Origin: an uncultured delta proteobacterium
Lineage (GTDB): Bacteria > Desulfobacterota > Binatia > Binatales > Binataceae
NCBI GenBank assembly: GCA_963808235.1
Contig: CAWEEQ010000004.1
Span: 1,888,001 to 1,952,000 of the forward strand
Reading direction: 5' to 3'
Length of the DNA stretch: 64,000 nucleotides
Shown here: piece after piece, positions 50,131 to 63,242 of the stretch
How positions within the stretch are numbered: the stretch's first letter is position 1
Layout: every line of letters starts with the position of its first letter
Made by a program: the position numbers and the translations under genes
Notes under the pieces: model-generated
What the model saw: only the letters and a program-made list of their open reading frames with translations
What the model was told of the DNA's origin: nothing
The model's database searches: none

Positions 50131-50389
50131 TAGTGACCCCGCCGCGCCGTCGCATTTTCGAAGACGCCGATTTAAAACCCCGCCACAACCCGCCGCTCCC
50201 CGACGGCTGACCCCTCCGCATTACGACGCGCGTACACCCGCTAATAGCGGCAAGACGCCAACAACTGATGCTCTATCTTCGTACAGCATAGGCGACCGAA
50301 TGTGAAGCGAAATCACGAACATCGCGCAAAATCGTGAATATTTTTCAGCGCCGAAATCGTGGCGGAGCATCGTCTCGACCCGAAATGAA

Positions 50390-50417
50390 AAAGGGCGCCC
50401 CTGAAGGACGCCCTTTC
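50390..50417. terminator. Intrinsic terminator after aldehyde dehydrogenase
   Basis: aaagggcg-cc-ctgaa-gg-acgcccttt hairpin; T-run follows on the minus strand. Confidence 0.75.
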
Positions 50418-50454
50418 CGATCAATCAATCGAACAATTCTCGATCTTCGCGCGG

Positions 50455-51969
50455 CTAGCCGATCTTCGCGTAAACCGATTTTACCTGCGTGTACAGATCG
50501 ATCGCGTAACGCCCGAGCTCGCGGCCAAAGCCCGACTGCTTGTAGCCACCGAACGGCGACATCGGATCGATCATGCCGTAAGTGTTGATCCAAACCGTGC
50601 CGGCCTTGAGCTTGCGCGCGATCGTATGCGCGCGGTTGATGTCCTTGGTCCATACCGCGGCCGCGAGCCCATAGCTGGTGTCGTTGCCCTGGATGACGAC
50701 ATCGTTCTCGTCCTTGAACGGGATCGCGGATGCGACGGGTCCGAAGATCTCCTCGCGCGCGATCTTCATCTGGTTGTTCACGCCGGTAAACACGGTCGGC
50801 TGGATGAAGTATCCAGATTCCTGCTTGCCAGGCTCGCCGCCAGTCTTGGCCTTCGCACCCTCTTCCTTGCCGGTCTTCAGATACCCCTTCACGCGATCAT
50901 GCTGCTCCTTCGATACCAGCGGTCCCATCCGCGTGTTCGGGTCCAGTGGATTTCCAAGCGTCAACCCTTTTGCCATCGTCGACAGCGAATCGGTGAACTG
51001 ATCGTACACGCTCTCCTGCACGAACACGCGCGAACCGGCGCAGCAGACCTGGCCCTGGTTCATGAAGATGCCCAGCGCCGAGCCGAACACGGCCGACGGC
51101 ATGTCAGCGTCGGGGAAGATGATGTTTGGCGACTTGCCGCCGAGCTCGAGCGATACGCGCTTCAAGTTGCCGGTGGAGGCCTTCAGGATGAGCTTGCCGA
51201 CTTCGGTTGAGCCGGTGAAGGCAACCTTGTCGATATCCGGATGCTCCGCGATCGAGCTGCCCGCGCCGGGTCCGAAGCCGGTGATGATCTGCACGACGCC
51301 CTCAGGCAGGCCGCTTTCGCAAATCAGCTCGCCCAGGCGAATCGCGGTCAACGGAGTCTGCTCGGCAGGCTTCAGGATGACGACGTTGCCGCATGCGAGC
51401 GCGGGCGCAATCTTCCACGATGCCATCAGCAGCGGAAAGTTCCACGGGATGATCTGCCCGCATACACCGACCGGCTCGCGCAGCGTGTAGTTGAACATCG
51501 AGGGGTCGGACGGATTGGTCTCGCCATAAATCTTGGTGGCGAAGCCGGCGTAGTAGCGGAAGGTCTCGGCGGCGCCCGGGATGTCGATATTCCTGGACTC
51601 GAACAGGGGCTTGCCGTTGTCGAGCGTCTCGAGCTCGGCAAGTTCATCGGCGTGCTGCTCGATAAGGTCCGCGATCTTGAGCAATACGCGAGTGCGGCCA
51701 TGCGGGCTCATGTTCGCCCACTTGCCATCCTCGTATGCACGCCGTGCGTGCTTGACCGCCTCATCGACGTCGGCCTTGTCGCCCTCGGCAACGATTGCGA
51801 GGACCTGCTCGTTGGCCGGGTTAAGGGTCTCGAAAGTTTTGCCGGATTTCGACGGCACCCATTTGCCGTTGATGAGAAGTTTCTTGGGCGAGCTCTTGAG
51901 GAACTCAAGCGCTGCGCTCGACTTTGCGCCGCGAGTCGCGGATTCCAGTGACGGTGTTGCTGCTGCCAT
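50455..51969 (-). CDS. NAD-dependent aldehyde dehydrogenase
   Basis: IIPWNFP, FTGSTEVG, LELGGKSP, GQVCCAG, EEIFGP. Confidence 0.96.
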   Translation of the reverse strand: MAAATPSLESATRGAKSSAALEFLKSSPKKLLINGKWVPSKSGKTFETLNPANEQVLAIVAEGDKADVDEAVKHARRAYEDGKWANMSPHGRTRVLLKIADLIEQHADELAELETLDNGKPLFESRNIDIPGAAETFRYYAGFATKIYGETNPSDPSMFNYTLREPVGVCGQIIPWNFPLLMASWKIAPALACGNVVILKPAEQTPLTAIRLGELICESGLPEGVVQIITGFGPGAGSSIAEHPDIDKVAFTGSTEVGKLILKASTGNLKRVSLELGGKSPNIIFPDADMPSAVFGSALGIFMNQGQVCCAGSRVFVQESVYDQFTDSLSTMAKGLTLGNPLDPNTRMGPLVSKEQHDRVKGYLKTGKEEGAKAKTGGEPGKQESGYFIQPTVFTGVNNQMKIAREEIFGPVASAIPFKDENDVVIQGNDTSYGLAAAVWTKDINRAHTIARKLKAGTVWINTYGMIDPMSPFGGYKQSGFGRELGRYAIDLYTQVKSVYAKIG

Positions 51970-52177
51970 CTGTCTATTCTCCTGTCGGTGATGCGTCGCT
52001 GTGTGCGCGAGCCGGATGAATCTAAACTCTGCTTAACACTCGGACTCTAGTAAATCGAGACGTATTCGGCAAAGCGAAAAAGCGGCTGACGCGGCGTCGC
52101 CGAAGCTCCGGTCGCGCGCGTTTTGCCCCGTCTTTGCCCTCTTCATCCGCGCCGGATATTCTTGGTCGGTCGTATCA

Positions 52178-54751
<2,574 letters not shown>

Positions 54752-54820
54752 CGATTGTGGCGATCGCCCGAATCGGCGGCTATCCTGTGAACCTGGAATG
54801 CGGAGCAGGAGGTTTGCGGG

Positions 54821-56095
54821 ATGCGGAGACTGACGGCGCTTGCGGTCGCGGCGATCGCTCAATGCGGAGCGATCTCGCCTGCCCTCGCGATGCTTTCCCC
54901 GCCCGTCCTGCGTTCCGCGCGAATAGAACGTCGTGGCCCCACTTTCGAGGTGCATTTCGGTTTCGACGGCGCGGTTCCCCGGCTCAATCTGAGCGCTCAC
55001 GGCGATCAGCTCTGGATCGATCTCGCCCGTACGCACGTCGCGATTCCTCCGCGGCCGCTCTTCGGCTACGAGGTGATGCCCATATCGAGCGTTCGCGTAA
55101 TCGGAGCTGGTCCCGACGCGGCCAGGTCGCGAATCGTAGTCGAAGTGGTCGGCAAAGCTGACTACGCAGCCGTGAGACTGCCGCACGAGATCGTGCTGCG
55201 AGTCGCGCCCGCGGGCGCCGATGCGAATATCGCCGCGCCAATCGTCGTGCACAACGATGCGCCAGGTCCAGTCCGGCGCACGCTCGCGAGGTCGGACGTA
55301 CAACCAGCGCCGGATCATCTCGAGCCTGCGAGCGCTCGTCCGCTCCTGCCGCAGGCAAGCGTCGAACCCGTTATCAGCTCCACCGATAATCAACCGGGGC
55401 ATCCGCTGGTGATGATCGATCCCGGTCATGGCGGTTACGATCCAGGAACTCAGTCTTCTTCGGGAGTGCTCGAGAAAGATCTGGCGCTGCAAATCGCAAC
55501 GCGCCTTAAATCAGCGCTCGAGGCGCGCCAAATCCGCGCCGAGCTCACGCGCGGCAACGATACATTCGTAAGTCTGCCCGAGCGGACCCGGATTGCAAAT
55601 CGCGCCGGCGCCGATCTGTTCGTTTCGATTCACCTGAATTCGAGCCCCGATACCGAAACCACTGGAATCGAAGTTTATTATCTGAACAACACCACCGATC
55701 GCGCGACGATTCGCCTCGCGCGAATGGAAAACGGCGGCGCCGATGGCTATGGCGGATCGAACGACTCCAACTTAAACTACATTCTGACCGACTTGCGCCA
55801 GAACTATAAGGCGATTGAAGCGGCTTCTCTGGCTCGGATGATCGACGCGCAGACGGTCGCCGATCTCGACGCCGGACTTGGGTTAAACGTGAACGCGCTC
55901 GGAGCCAAGGTGGGACCATTTTACGTGCTCGTCGGGGCGCATATGCCGGCGGTGCTGGTCGAGTGCGGCTTCCTGTCTAATCCCGACGAGGCGCGCCGAA
56001 TGGAAGGCGCTGGATACCAGGATGTGCTCGCAGGCGCGATCGCCGGCGCGGTCGTCCACTATTTCAACGCCGACCTCGCGGTGGGAAATCTGTGA
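54821..56095 (+). CDS. N-acetylmuramoyl-L-alanine amidase (Amidase_3)
   Basis: Signal peptide, IDPGHGG, EKD, FVSIHLN, VLVECGFLSN. Confidence 0.93.
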   Translation: MRRLTALAVAAIAQCGAISPALAMLSPPVLRSARIERRGPTFEVHFGFDGAVPRLNLSAHGDQLWIDLARTHVAIPPRPLFGYEVMPISSVRVIGAGPDAARSRIVVEVVGKADYAAVRLPHEIVLRVAPAGADANIAAPIVVHNDAPGPVRRTLARSDVQPAPDHLEPASARPLLPQASVEPVISSTDNQPGHPLVMIDPGHGGYDPGTQSSSGVLEKDLALQIATRLKSALEARQIRAELTRGNDTFVSLPERTRIANRAGADLFVSIHLNSSPDTETTGIEVYYLNNTTDRATIRLARMENGGADGYGGSNDSNLNYILTDLRQNYKAIEAASLARMIDAQTVADLDAGLGLNVNALGAKVGPFYVLVGAHMPAVLVECGFLSNPDEARRMEGAGYQDVLAGAIAGAVVHYFNADLAVGNL

Positions 56096-58854
56096 GCGTC
56101 GTAGCAGGCGCGAATCGCGCCGATCCTTCCGCGACTGCTCCCTCGGCGGTGCGCGGACACGACGCGCTGCTCGCGCAGTTCATGGCCAGCAAGAAGCCCG
56201 GCGTGGACGCGCGCGCCTACCTGGAGTCGGTTCGCGCGGAACTCGCAAAGCGTAATTTCGCGGGCGCGTCCGGAGGAGAGATCGTGGCCGCGATGACCGC
56301 GGCGATGGACGATCTTCTCCGCGCGCTGTTTCACTATGCGGATGCCGACCACGATCGGCGTTTTTCCAAGCTCAATCAGAAAATCACTGTCGTCGCGCGC
56401 GGCGGATACGGGCGCGGCGAACTGAACCCGCAATCCGACGTCGATCTGCTGTTCCTGCATGAATACAAACGCGGCCCATACGCAGAAATAGTCACCGAGA
56501 TTATGTTGCATGCGCTCTGGGACGCGGGACTCACGGTCGGACACGGCGTTCGCACCGCCAAGGAATGTGTGCGGCTCGCAAACGAAGACCTGAAGGAGAA
56601 GACCGCTATTCTCGACGCGCGCTATCTGTGCGGCGACGAGAAACTATACGCGGAACTCGACAAGCTTCTGATCGCCCAGGTCCTCAACCGCAACCAGGAT
56701 AGTTTCTTCAAGACCAAACTCGAGGAGAGCCGTAAACGCCACGCCCAGTATGGCGATTCGATCTATTTGCTCGAGCCGCAGATCAAGGAAGGCGAAGGCG
56801 GACTGCGCGATCTGCACACCGCGATGTGGCTCGCGAAAGTCAAGTATAAAGTTCATTCGCTCGAAGAACTGGTGCAGAAGGCGGTGATCACCGAGCTCGA
56901 GGCGGCCGAAGTGATCGAAGCGCGCGATTTTCTGTGGCGGGTGCGCAACTCACTGCACTTTCTGACCGGCCGCCACTTCGATCAGCTTACCTTCGAGATG
57001 CAGGAGCGAATCGAGCCGCTGCTCGGATTCCATCCCGGAGAGCATCCCGATGAAGGTCAGGCGGCAGGCTCCGCCCTGATGCGCTCGTACTATCAGCACG
57101 CTGCCACGATCCATCGCTTTGCCGAGGGCCTGATCGCACGCGTTACCGAGAGTAGTCCCGGCGGCAGATTTTTCCGCCGCAGTCCGACTCGCAAGATTCG
57201 GCCCGGCGTCGTCGTCCAGCAAAATCTCTTGAGCATCGCCGATCCCGATCTCTTCAAGGACGATCCCCTCAACATCATAACGATCTATGCGGATTGCCAG
57301 GCTCACGACGTCGGTCTATCGGGCAGCGCGTATCAAATGGTGCGCGATAACCTGGGGCTGATCGACGACAAGATGCGACGGGATCCGCGCGTCTCCGCGG
57401 CGCTGATGAAGATTCTTTCGGGGCGCCAGCGCGTCGCCGAGACGCTCGAGGCGATGCATCTGTCGGGGGTGCTTGGCGCGATCATCCCGGAGTTCGGCAA
57501 TCTCTACGCGCGCGTTCTGCACGACCTCTATCATATATACACCGTCGATCGGCATTCCCTGGTCGCCGTGCGCGAGCTCGAACGACTACGCAGTGGTGAG
57601 TTCAAGGATCCTACTCCGCTGCTCACCGAGGTCGCGCGCGAACTCGATCGCCTGCCGCTCGTGTTTCTCGCCCTGCTCCTCCACGACATCGGCAAGGGTC
57701 ACGGCCACGATCATCATGAGCGCGGAGCGAGCCTGACCACGGAAGTCTCGGCGCGGCTCGGCCTCGACAGCGAGGAAGTCGACCTCGTCGTATTCCTGGT
57801 GCGCAATCATCTGATGATGTCGCAGGTTGCGCAGAAGGGTGACCTCGACGATCGCACCACCGTCGCGGAATTTGCGCGCACGGTCGGTTCGATCGATCGG
57901 TTGAAAGCGCTGTACCTGCTCACTTACGCCGACATGCGCGCGGTTGCTCCGAAAGTCTACAACAACTGGCGCGACATGCTGCTGAGCGACTTGTACATGC
58001 GCGCGCTCAAGGTGCTGGAACAGGGCGATCGCGAGGCCGTCGATCCTGCGCGCCGGCTCGCGACGGTCAAGGACGGAGTTCGCGAAACCCTGCTCGCGGC
58101 GTCGGCGCCACATGCGGACGTCGCCGAATTTCTCGACGAGATGCCCGACCGCTATTTTTTCACGGTCCCGGAGGCCGACATCCCGCTACACTTCGACTTG
58201 ATGCGGCAGTTGACCGACCATCCGCTGGTCTGTCGCATCAGGCATTTTCCGGAGCTTGAGTTCAGCGAGTTCATCGTCGTGACGCGCGACCGGCCGGGGC
58301 TGTTCTCGATGATCGCGGGCGCGCTCACCGCCAACAATCTGAACATCCTCTCGGCGCGAATCACTACGCGCACCAATGGAATCGCGATGGACGTGTTCCG
58401 GGTTTCACATCTTGCGGGTGCCGGCTCGATGGCGATGGAAGACTCGCGATGGCTGCGCGTCGAGCGCGATCTGGAACGCGTCATCGTTGGCGAGCAGGAT
58501 ATCGCGGCGCTGGTCGCGACCGCGCAGCAGGTGCAGAGCGCCGGGCGCAAGTTCGTCCGCCACGTGCCGACCGAAGTGACCGTGGACAATCGCACCTCCG
58601 AGCAGTTCACGGTGATCGACGTGTTCACCCAGGACCGCGTCGGACTTCTATTTGCGATCACGCATACTCTCTTCAAACTCGGCCTGCGGATTCATCTCGC
58701 ACGCATCTCAACCAATGCCGATCAGGCGCTCGACGTTTTTTACGTTAGCGATCGCGCCGGTGGAAAAATCACCGACCTCGATCAGATGCGCGAGTTGCGC
58801 GCCGCGCTGCTGGAAAAAGCGGAACAGAATCCTGGCGCTGGGGCATCACCGTGA
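56092..58854 (+). CDS. glnD: PII uridylyltransferase/uridylyl-removing enzyme
   Basis: GGYGRGELNPQSDVDL, IKEGEGGLRDL, HIYTVDRH, LLHDIGKG, two ACT domains. Confidence 0.96.
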   Translation: MSVVAGANRADPSATAPSAVRGHDALLAQFMASKKPGVDARAYLESVRAELAKRNFAGASGGEIVAAMTAAMDDLLRALFHYADADHDRRFSKLNQKITVVARGGYGRGELNPQSDVDLLFLHEYKRGPYAEIVTEIMLHALWDAGLTVGHGVRTAKECVRLANEDLKEKTAILDARYLCGDEKLYAELDKLLIAQVLNRNQDSFFKTKLEESRKRHAQYGDSIYLLEPQIKEGEGGLRDLHTAMWLAKVKYKVHSLEELVQKAVITELEAAEVIEARDFLWRVRNSLHFLTGRHFDQLTFEMQERIEPLLGFHPGEHPDEGQAAGSALMRSYYQHAATIHRFAEGLIARVTESSPGGRFFRRSPTRKIRPGVVVQQNLLSIADPDLFKDDPLNIITIYADCQAHDVGLSGSAYQMVRDNLGLIDDKMRRDPRVSAALMKILSGRQRVAETLEAMHLSGVLGAIIPEFGNLYARVLHDLYHIYTVDRHSLVAVRELERLRSGEFKDPTPLLTEVARELDRLPLVFLALLLHDIGKGHGHDHHERGASLTTEVSARLGLDSEEVDLVVFLVRNHLMMSQVAQKGDLDDRTTVAEFARTVGSIDRLKALYLLTYADMRAVAPKVYNNWRDMLLSDLYMRALKVLEQGDREAVDPARRLATVKDGVRETLLAASAPHADVAEFLDEMPDRYFFTVPEADIPLHFDLMRQLTDHPLVCRIRHFPELEFSEFIVVTRDRPGLFSMIAGALTANNLNILSARITTRTNGIAMDVFRVSHLAGAGSMAMEDSRWLRVERDLERVIVGEQDIAALVATAQQVQSAGRKFVRHVPTEVTVDNRTSEQFTVIDVFTQDRVGLLFAITHTLFKLGLRIHLARISTNADQALDVFYVSDRAGGKITDLDQMRELRAALLEKAEQNPGAGASP

Positions 58855-59813
58855 GCGCGCCCGATTGGGACTCGCTGATCGATCGGCATCTGAGCCGCCA
58901 ATCGGTCGAACGCGGGCTCAGCCGCCATTCGATGGAAGCGTATGCGCACGACCTCGCGATTTTTCAATCGTGGTGCCGCGAGCGCAGTCTGGACCCTTCG
59001 GAACTCGACGCGAGCGCCCTGACCGCCTATCTCGAAGCGCTAGCGGATCGTGGATTGGCAGTTAGTTCGCAGCGCCGGCATCTCGCGAGTCTGCGCGGTC
59101 TCGCTCGCGAAATGGTCGACGAGAAGATAATCGAGCGCGATCCTGCGCCCGCCGTGAAGCTTCGGCCGCATCCGCGCAAACTGCCGCGCACCCTCTCGCG
59201 GATCGACGTTGAGAATCTCATCAACGCGATCAACGTCAAAGATCCTCGCGGTCTGCGCGACCGTGCGATGCTCGAACTGGCCTATGGTTGCGGGCTTCGC
59301 GTGTCGGAACTGGTCGGCCTGCAACTGCATCAGGTGAATCTCGACGCGGCGGTTGTGATCGTTCTCGGCAAGGGCGGCAAAGAACGAATGGTGCCGATGG
59401 GCGGCGCGTCGATTCGCACGCTGAAGGCGTGGCTCGAGCGACGCGACGAAATTTTAAATCCCGTCGGCGATAGTAAGCGCGCAAAGAAAAACATTCCGCG
59501 CCGAATTTCCGCCGTCTTCGTCACCCGCCTGGGGCGCGCGATGACCCGGCAGGGATTTTTCAAGGCGCTCAAGGGATGGGCGTCCGCCGATTCGCGCCTG
59601 TCGTGGATGAGTCCGCATACGCTGCGTCATTGCTTCGCGACCCATCTGCTCGAAGGCGGCGCCGATCTTCGTGCGGTGCAGGAGATGCTCGGTCATAGCG
59701 ACATCTCCACGACGCAAATCTACACCCATCTGTCGAAGAGCCATCTGCGCAAGGTGCATCGCACCTTTCATCCGCGCGCTACGCGCGCGAGTGCGGGCGA
59801 AGGTACGGACTGA
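58851..59813 (+). CDS. xerD: Tyrosine recombinase XerD
   Basis: LRDRAMLELAYGCGLRVSEL, GKGGKER, MTRQGF, SPHTLRHCFATHLL..DLRAVQEMLGHSDISTTQIY. Confidence 0.92.
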   Translation: MSAPDWDSLIDRHLSRQSVERGLSRHSMEAYAHDLAIFQSWCRERSLDPSELDASALTAYLEALADRGLAVSSQRRHLASLRGLAREMVDEKIIERDPAPAVKLRPHPRKLPRTLSRIDVENLINAINVKDPRGLRDRAMLELAYGCGLRVSELVGLQLHQVNLDAAVVIVLGKGGKERMVPMGGASIRTLKAWLERRDEILNPVGDSKRAKKNIPRRISAVFVTRLGRAMTRQGFFKALKGWASADSRLSWMSPHTLRHCFATHLLEGGADLRAVQEMLGHSDISTTQIYTHLSKSHLRKVHRTFHPRATRASAGEGTD

Positions 59814-59815
59814 CT

Positions 59816-60478
59816 TTGGACGATCTGAACGGAACCATCGCGACCATATGTATCGTCGCGCCGCCGATCATCTTCGCGATCATCGCGCACGAGGTCATGC
59901 ATGGCGTGGTCGCGCTGCGGCTTGGCGATGATACAGCTCAGCGCGCCGGCCGACTCACCCTGAATCCGATTTCACACGTCGATCTCTTCGGCACTATCAT
60001 TCTGCCGTTCGCGCTCTACCTATTTCATGCCCCCGTACTCGGCTACGCGAAACCGGTCCCGGTCAATTTCCGAGTGCTGCGCGGCGGACGCGCCGGGATG
60101 CTGAAGGTAGCCGCAGCCGGACCATTGACGAACTTCGTGCTGGCAATCGTGAGCGGACTTCTTCTGCGCGTGGCACCCTACTTTCTGCACGGCTCGCTCG
60201 CAGCGACCGTCGTCGTACCGATCGCGCGGATGCTGCAGGCGTCGGTGATTGTCAACGTCGAGCTCGGAGTCTTCAATCTGTTTCCGGTGCTGCCGCTGGA
60301 CGGAGGGCGGGTGTTGTTCAGTATCCTGCCTATTGCGGCTGCACGCATCTATGCGCAGACCGAGCGCTATGGCTTTCTTATACTGTTGTTGCTGCTGTAT
60401 ACGCATTGGCTGGATGTCGCGATTTATCCGGTCATGAACATGGCCCTGGGCGCGATCTCCTGGATGGTGCAACTTTGA
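59816..60478 (+). CDS. Site-2 protease (M50) family
   Basis: HEVMH, AGPLTN, NLFPVLPLDGGR. Confidence 0.92.
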   Translation: MDDLNGTIATICIVAPPIIFAIIAHEVMHGVVALRLGDDTAQRAGRLTLNPISHVDLFGTIILPFALYLFHAPVLGYAKPVPVNFRVLRGGRAGMLKVAAAGPLTNFVLAIVSGLLLRVAPYFLHGSLAATVVVPIARMLQASVIVNVELGVFNLFPVLPLDGGRVLFSILPIAAARIYAQTERYGFLILLLLLYTHWLDVAIYPVMNMALGAISWMVQL

Positions 60479-61227
60479 GCGACGAGTCCAACACACCGTC
60501 GAGATTGGGAACCGACGCGTCGGTCCGCTTCCGGCTGCCCATTTACGAAGGGCCGCTCGACTTGCTGCTGCATCTGCTCAAACGCGCCGAACTCGACGCG
60601 CACGACGTAACCGCAAGCGTCATCACCGAGCAGTACCTCGCGTGGCTCGAACTGCTCGATCAACTGAACCTCAACGTCGCGGGCGAGTACCTTGTGATGG
60701 CGGCGACGCTGCTGCTGATCAAGTCGTTCGCGATGCTGCCGCATCCGGAACTCGCCGACAACGAGGAAGCGGAAGAGCTGAAGCGCGATCTAGTCGAGCG
60801 GCTGCTCGAGTATCAGCGCTATCGGGAGGCGGCGGAGAAGCTGGCCTCGCGCGCGGTGCTCGGACGCGACGTGTTCACGACTCCCGGCGAGGCTGCGCCG
60901 GTGGACGAGAACGCAGTGCCGTTCACGGCGACGATTTTCGATTTGGTCGAGGCGATGGGGGCCGTGCTGAAGCGCATCGCGGACCAGACGCCGCGCGGAA
61001 TCGTGCTGCGCGACATCCCGGTTGCTGAATGCATCCCGCGCATCATGAGTGCGCTCGAAGGTGCGGGGCGGATCCAGTTTGCGGCACTGTTTGAAGACGC
61101 GAGCGACAGGTCGATTGTGATCGCGACCTTCATGGCGCTGCTCGAGCTGATCCGGCGGCGCGATGTGCGCGCTTATCAGGAAGTGCGCTTCGGTCCGATT
61201 TACCTGGAGCGAGCGACGGGAGTCTGA
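60475..61227 (+). CDS. scpA: Segregation and condensation protein A
   Basis: YEGPLDLLLHL, EYLVMAATLLLIKS, TFMALLEL; TTG start overlapping the upstream stop. Confidence 0.93.
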   Translation: MSDESNTPSRLGTDASVRFRLPIYEGPLDLLLHLLKRAELDAHDVTASVITEQYLAWLELLDQLNLNVAGEYLVMAATLLLIKSFAMLPHPELADNEEAEELKRDLVERLLEYQRYREAAEKLASRAVLGRDVFTTPGEAAPVDENAVPFTATIFDLVEAMGAVLKRIADQTPRGIVLRDIPVAECIPRIMSALEGAGRIQFAALFEDASDRSIVIATFMALLELIRRRDVRAYQEVRFGPIYLERATGV

Positions 61228-61917
61228 ATGGACGAAGCGCATCTGAAATCTATTCTCGAGAGCTTGCTGTTCGCGGCCGGCGAGCCGGTGTCACTCGCGC
61301 GGCTGGCGGCTGTCTTCGACGACATACCGCGCGCGACGGTGCAAAAAACGCTCGCCGCGATGACCGCGGAGTACGCTGCGGCAAACCGTGGTATTGCGAT
61401 CGAAGAAGTCGGCGGCGGTTACCAGATGAGAACGCCGAAGGACCACGCGGCCTACGTGCGCAAGCTGCTCGCCACGCGGCCGCCGCGGCTCAGCCGGCCG
61501 CTGATGGAGACGGTTGCGATCATCGCCTATCGCCAGCCGATCACGCGCCCGGAGATCGAGCAGTTGCGCGGCGTCGATACCGGCGGTGTGCTCGAGACCT
61601 TGCTCGAACGCCGAATGATCAAAATCGCCGGGCGCAAGGAAGCGCCCGGACGCCCGATGGTCTACGCAACCACCGACGAATTCCTGGAAATCTTCGGGTT
61701 GAAAGATCTCGAGAGCCTTCCCGACCTTTCCGAGTTCCGCGAGATCGAGCGCTCCATCGAGCAGGCCAGCACCGGCCCGGTCGCGGGCGTCGAGACGCAT
61801 CCGGAAGACGCGGCTCCAATCGATCCGGCTCTGGCCGACGAGGTCGGTGAAGAGCCGCCCGCCGCCGAACCGCGTCGCGATCCCTCGTCCTCCGACGACG
61901 ACAAAACTTCAAGCTGA
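61228..61917 (+). CDS. scpB: Segregation and condensation protein B
   Basis: ESLLFA, IIAYRQPITRPEIEQLRGV, GRP..Y.TT..FL..FGL. Confidence 0.95.
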   Translation: MDEAHLKSILESLLFAAGEPVSLARLAAVFDDIPRATVQKTLAAMTAEYAAANRGIAIEEVGGGYQMRTPKDHAAYVRKLLATRPPRLSRPLMETVAIIAYRQPITRPEIEQLRGVDTGGVLETLLERRMIKIAGRKEAPGRPMVYATTDEFLEIFGLKDLESLPDLSEFREIERSIEQASTGPVAGVETHPEDAAPIDPALADEVGEEPPAAEPRRDPSSSDDDKTSS

Positions 61918-61949
61918 TTTATCACCGCGTTCGGCAACAAGGAGAGACG

Positions 61950-63143
61950 ATGTCGTATCGATTGCATATCTTTGTTTTCGGCGCGCTGATTTCGTTGGCG
62001 TCCGCGTATCCGTCGTTCGCGCAGAAGACTCCGCCGCTGGAACCGGCGCCGGAAAACGATCCGATCTACATGCGCGTGGTCGCATCGCCGTGGCCGTCCG
62101 AAGCGGCGGTCCTGGTCGGCAATGGACGCAAGCATTCCGCATACGAGCTTTACGTCACGAATTTCAGCAGCGCGCCGGTTAGAATCACGGAGCTCGATGT
62201 GCGAGGGGAAAAGGACGGCGAGCCTGTGATGACGCAGTCTGCCGCAGGCAAACAGTTGGCCGCGATGTTCATGCCGGCGGCCGGCGGCGACGGCACTAAA
62301 CCCCACGATCCGGTTCTGCAGCCTGGACAGGCGGGCATCTTCTTTATCTTTGCCGACTTCGACCCGACGCGTGGGGATCCGGATACGTTCCAGACCGCGA
62401 TTCGAATCGAGCAGCATGGCGAGCGCGCCGGTTCCGGAACAATTCAGGTTGCCGAGCTCGACATAGATCCACCCGAGCCGATCACGATTCAATCTCCTCT
62501 GCGCGGCAAGAACTGGTCGGCGGCCAATGGGCCGTCGAACACGTCGACGCATCGCCGCATGGTACTTCCCATCAACGGACAGCCTCACATCGGCCAGAGA
62601 TATGCCATCGACTGGATCCAACTTGGCGACGACGGCCAATCGTTTGCTGGCGACAAGAGCAAGAACTCGAGCTATCACGCATGGGACCAGGAGATTCACG
62701 CGGTCGCGGACGGGAAGATCGTCGAAGTCAAGGACGGGATTCCTGAGAACGTCCCGAACTCGGGCAAAATCGCGGTGCAGGTTACGTCCGATACGCTCGC
62801 GGGCAATCACATCATCGAGGATTTGGGCGACGGACACTACGCCGCATATGCGCATCTGCGGCCGGGGACGCTGAAGGTGAAAGATGGAGACACGGTCCAT
62901 GCCGGCGACGTAATCGCGCACCTCGGCAACACCGGCAATTCATCGGAGCCTCATCTGCATTTCCAGATCTGCGACGCGCAATCGTTCCCCGCGTCCGAAG
63001 GCCTCCCCTTCGCGATCGACAAGTTCACCCGCGAGGACTTCAAGCTCGACCACGCTCCGAAGGGCCACTCGACTTTGTCCATCAAATCATCGCATCCAGT
63101 AACGCGCGAAGAGCCGATGGAAGACGAGCTCGATTCGTTCTAG
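61950..63143 (+). CDS. Secreted M23-family peptidase domain protein
   Basis: Signal peptide, RYAIDW, YAHL, GNTGNSSEPHLHF. Confidence 0.88.
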   Translation: MSYRLHIFVFGALISLASAYPSFAQKTPPLEPAPENDPIYMRVVASPWPSEAAVLVGNGRKHSAYELYVTNFSSAPVRITELDVRGEKDGEPVMTQSAAGKQLAAMFMPAAGGDGTKPHDPVLQPGQAGIFFIFADFDPTRGDPDTFQTAIRIEQHGERAGSGTIQVAELDIDPPEPITIQSPLRGKNWSAANGPSNTSTHRRMVLPINGQPHIGQRYAIDWIQLGDDGQSFAGDKSKNSSYHAWDQEIHAVADGKIVEVKDGIPENVPNSGKIAVQVTSDTLAGNHIIEDLGDGHYAAYAHLRPGTLKVKDGDTVHAGDVIAHLGNTGNSSEPHLHFQICDAQSFPASEGLPFAIDKFTREDFKLDHAPKGHSTLSIKSSHPVTREEPMEDELDSF

Positions 63144-63242
63144 CGGAGATGGCTCCGGTTCAGTTTCCAATGGGCACGGACGGGCGCATCGTAGGGAGCG
63201 CCGGCGAGTTCGATGCGGACCGAGAGTTTCGGAAGTCGAAAC

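Noticed and set aside
50291-50317. CRP/FNR-like site tgtga...tcacg
   Set aside because: Spacer is 7 nt rather than 6 and the half-site is imperfect; insufficient support
58851-59813. Tyrosine recombinase as a prophage/island integrase
   Set aside because: XerD-specific motifs and housekeeping context; no att sites or mobile cargo nearby
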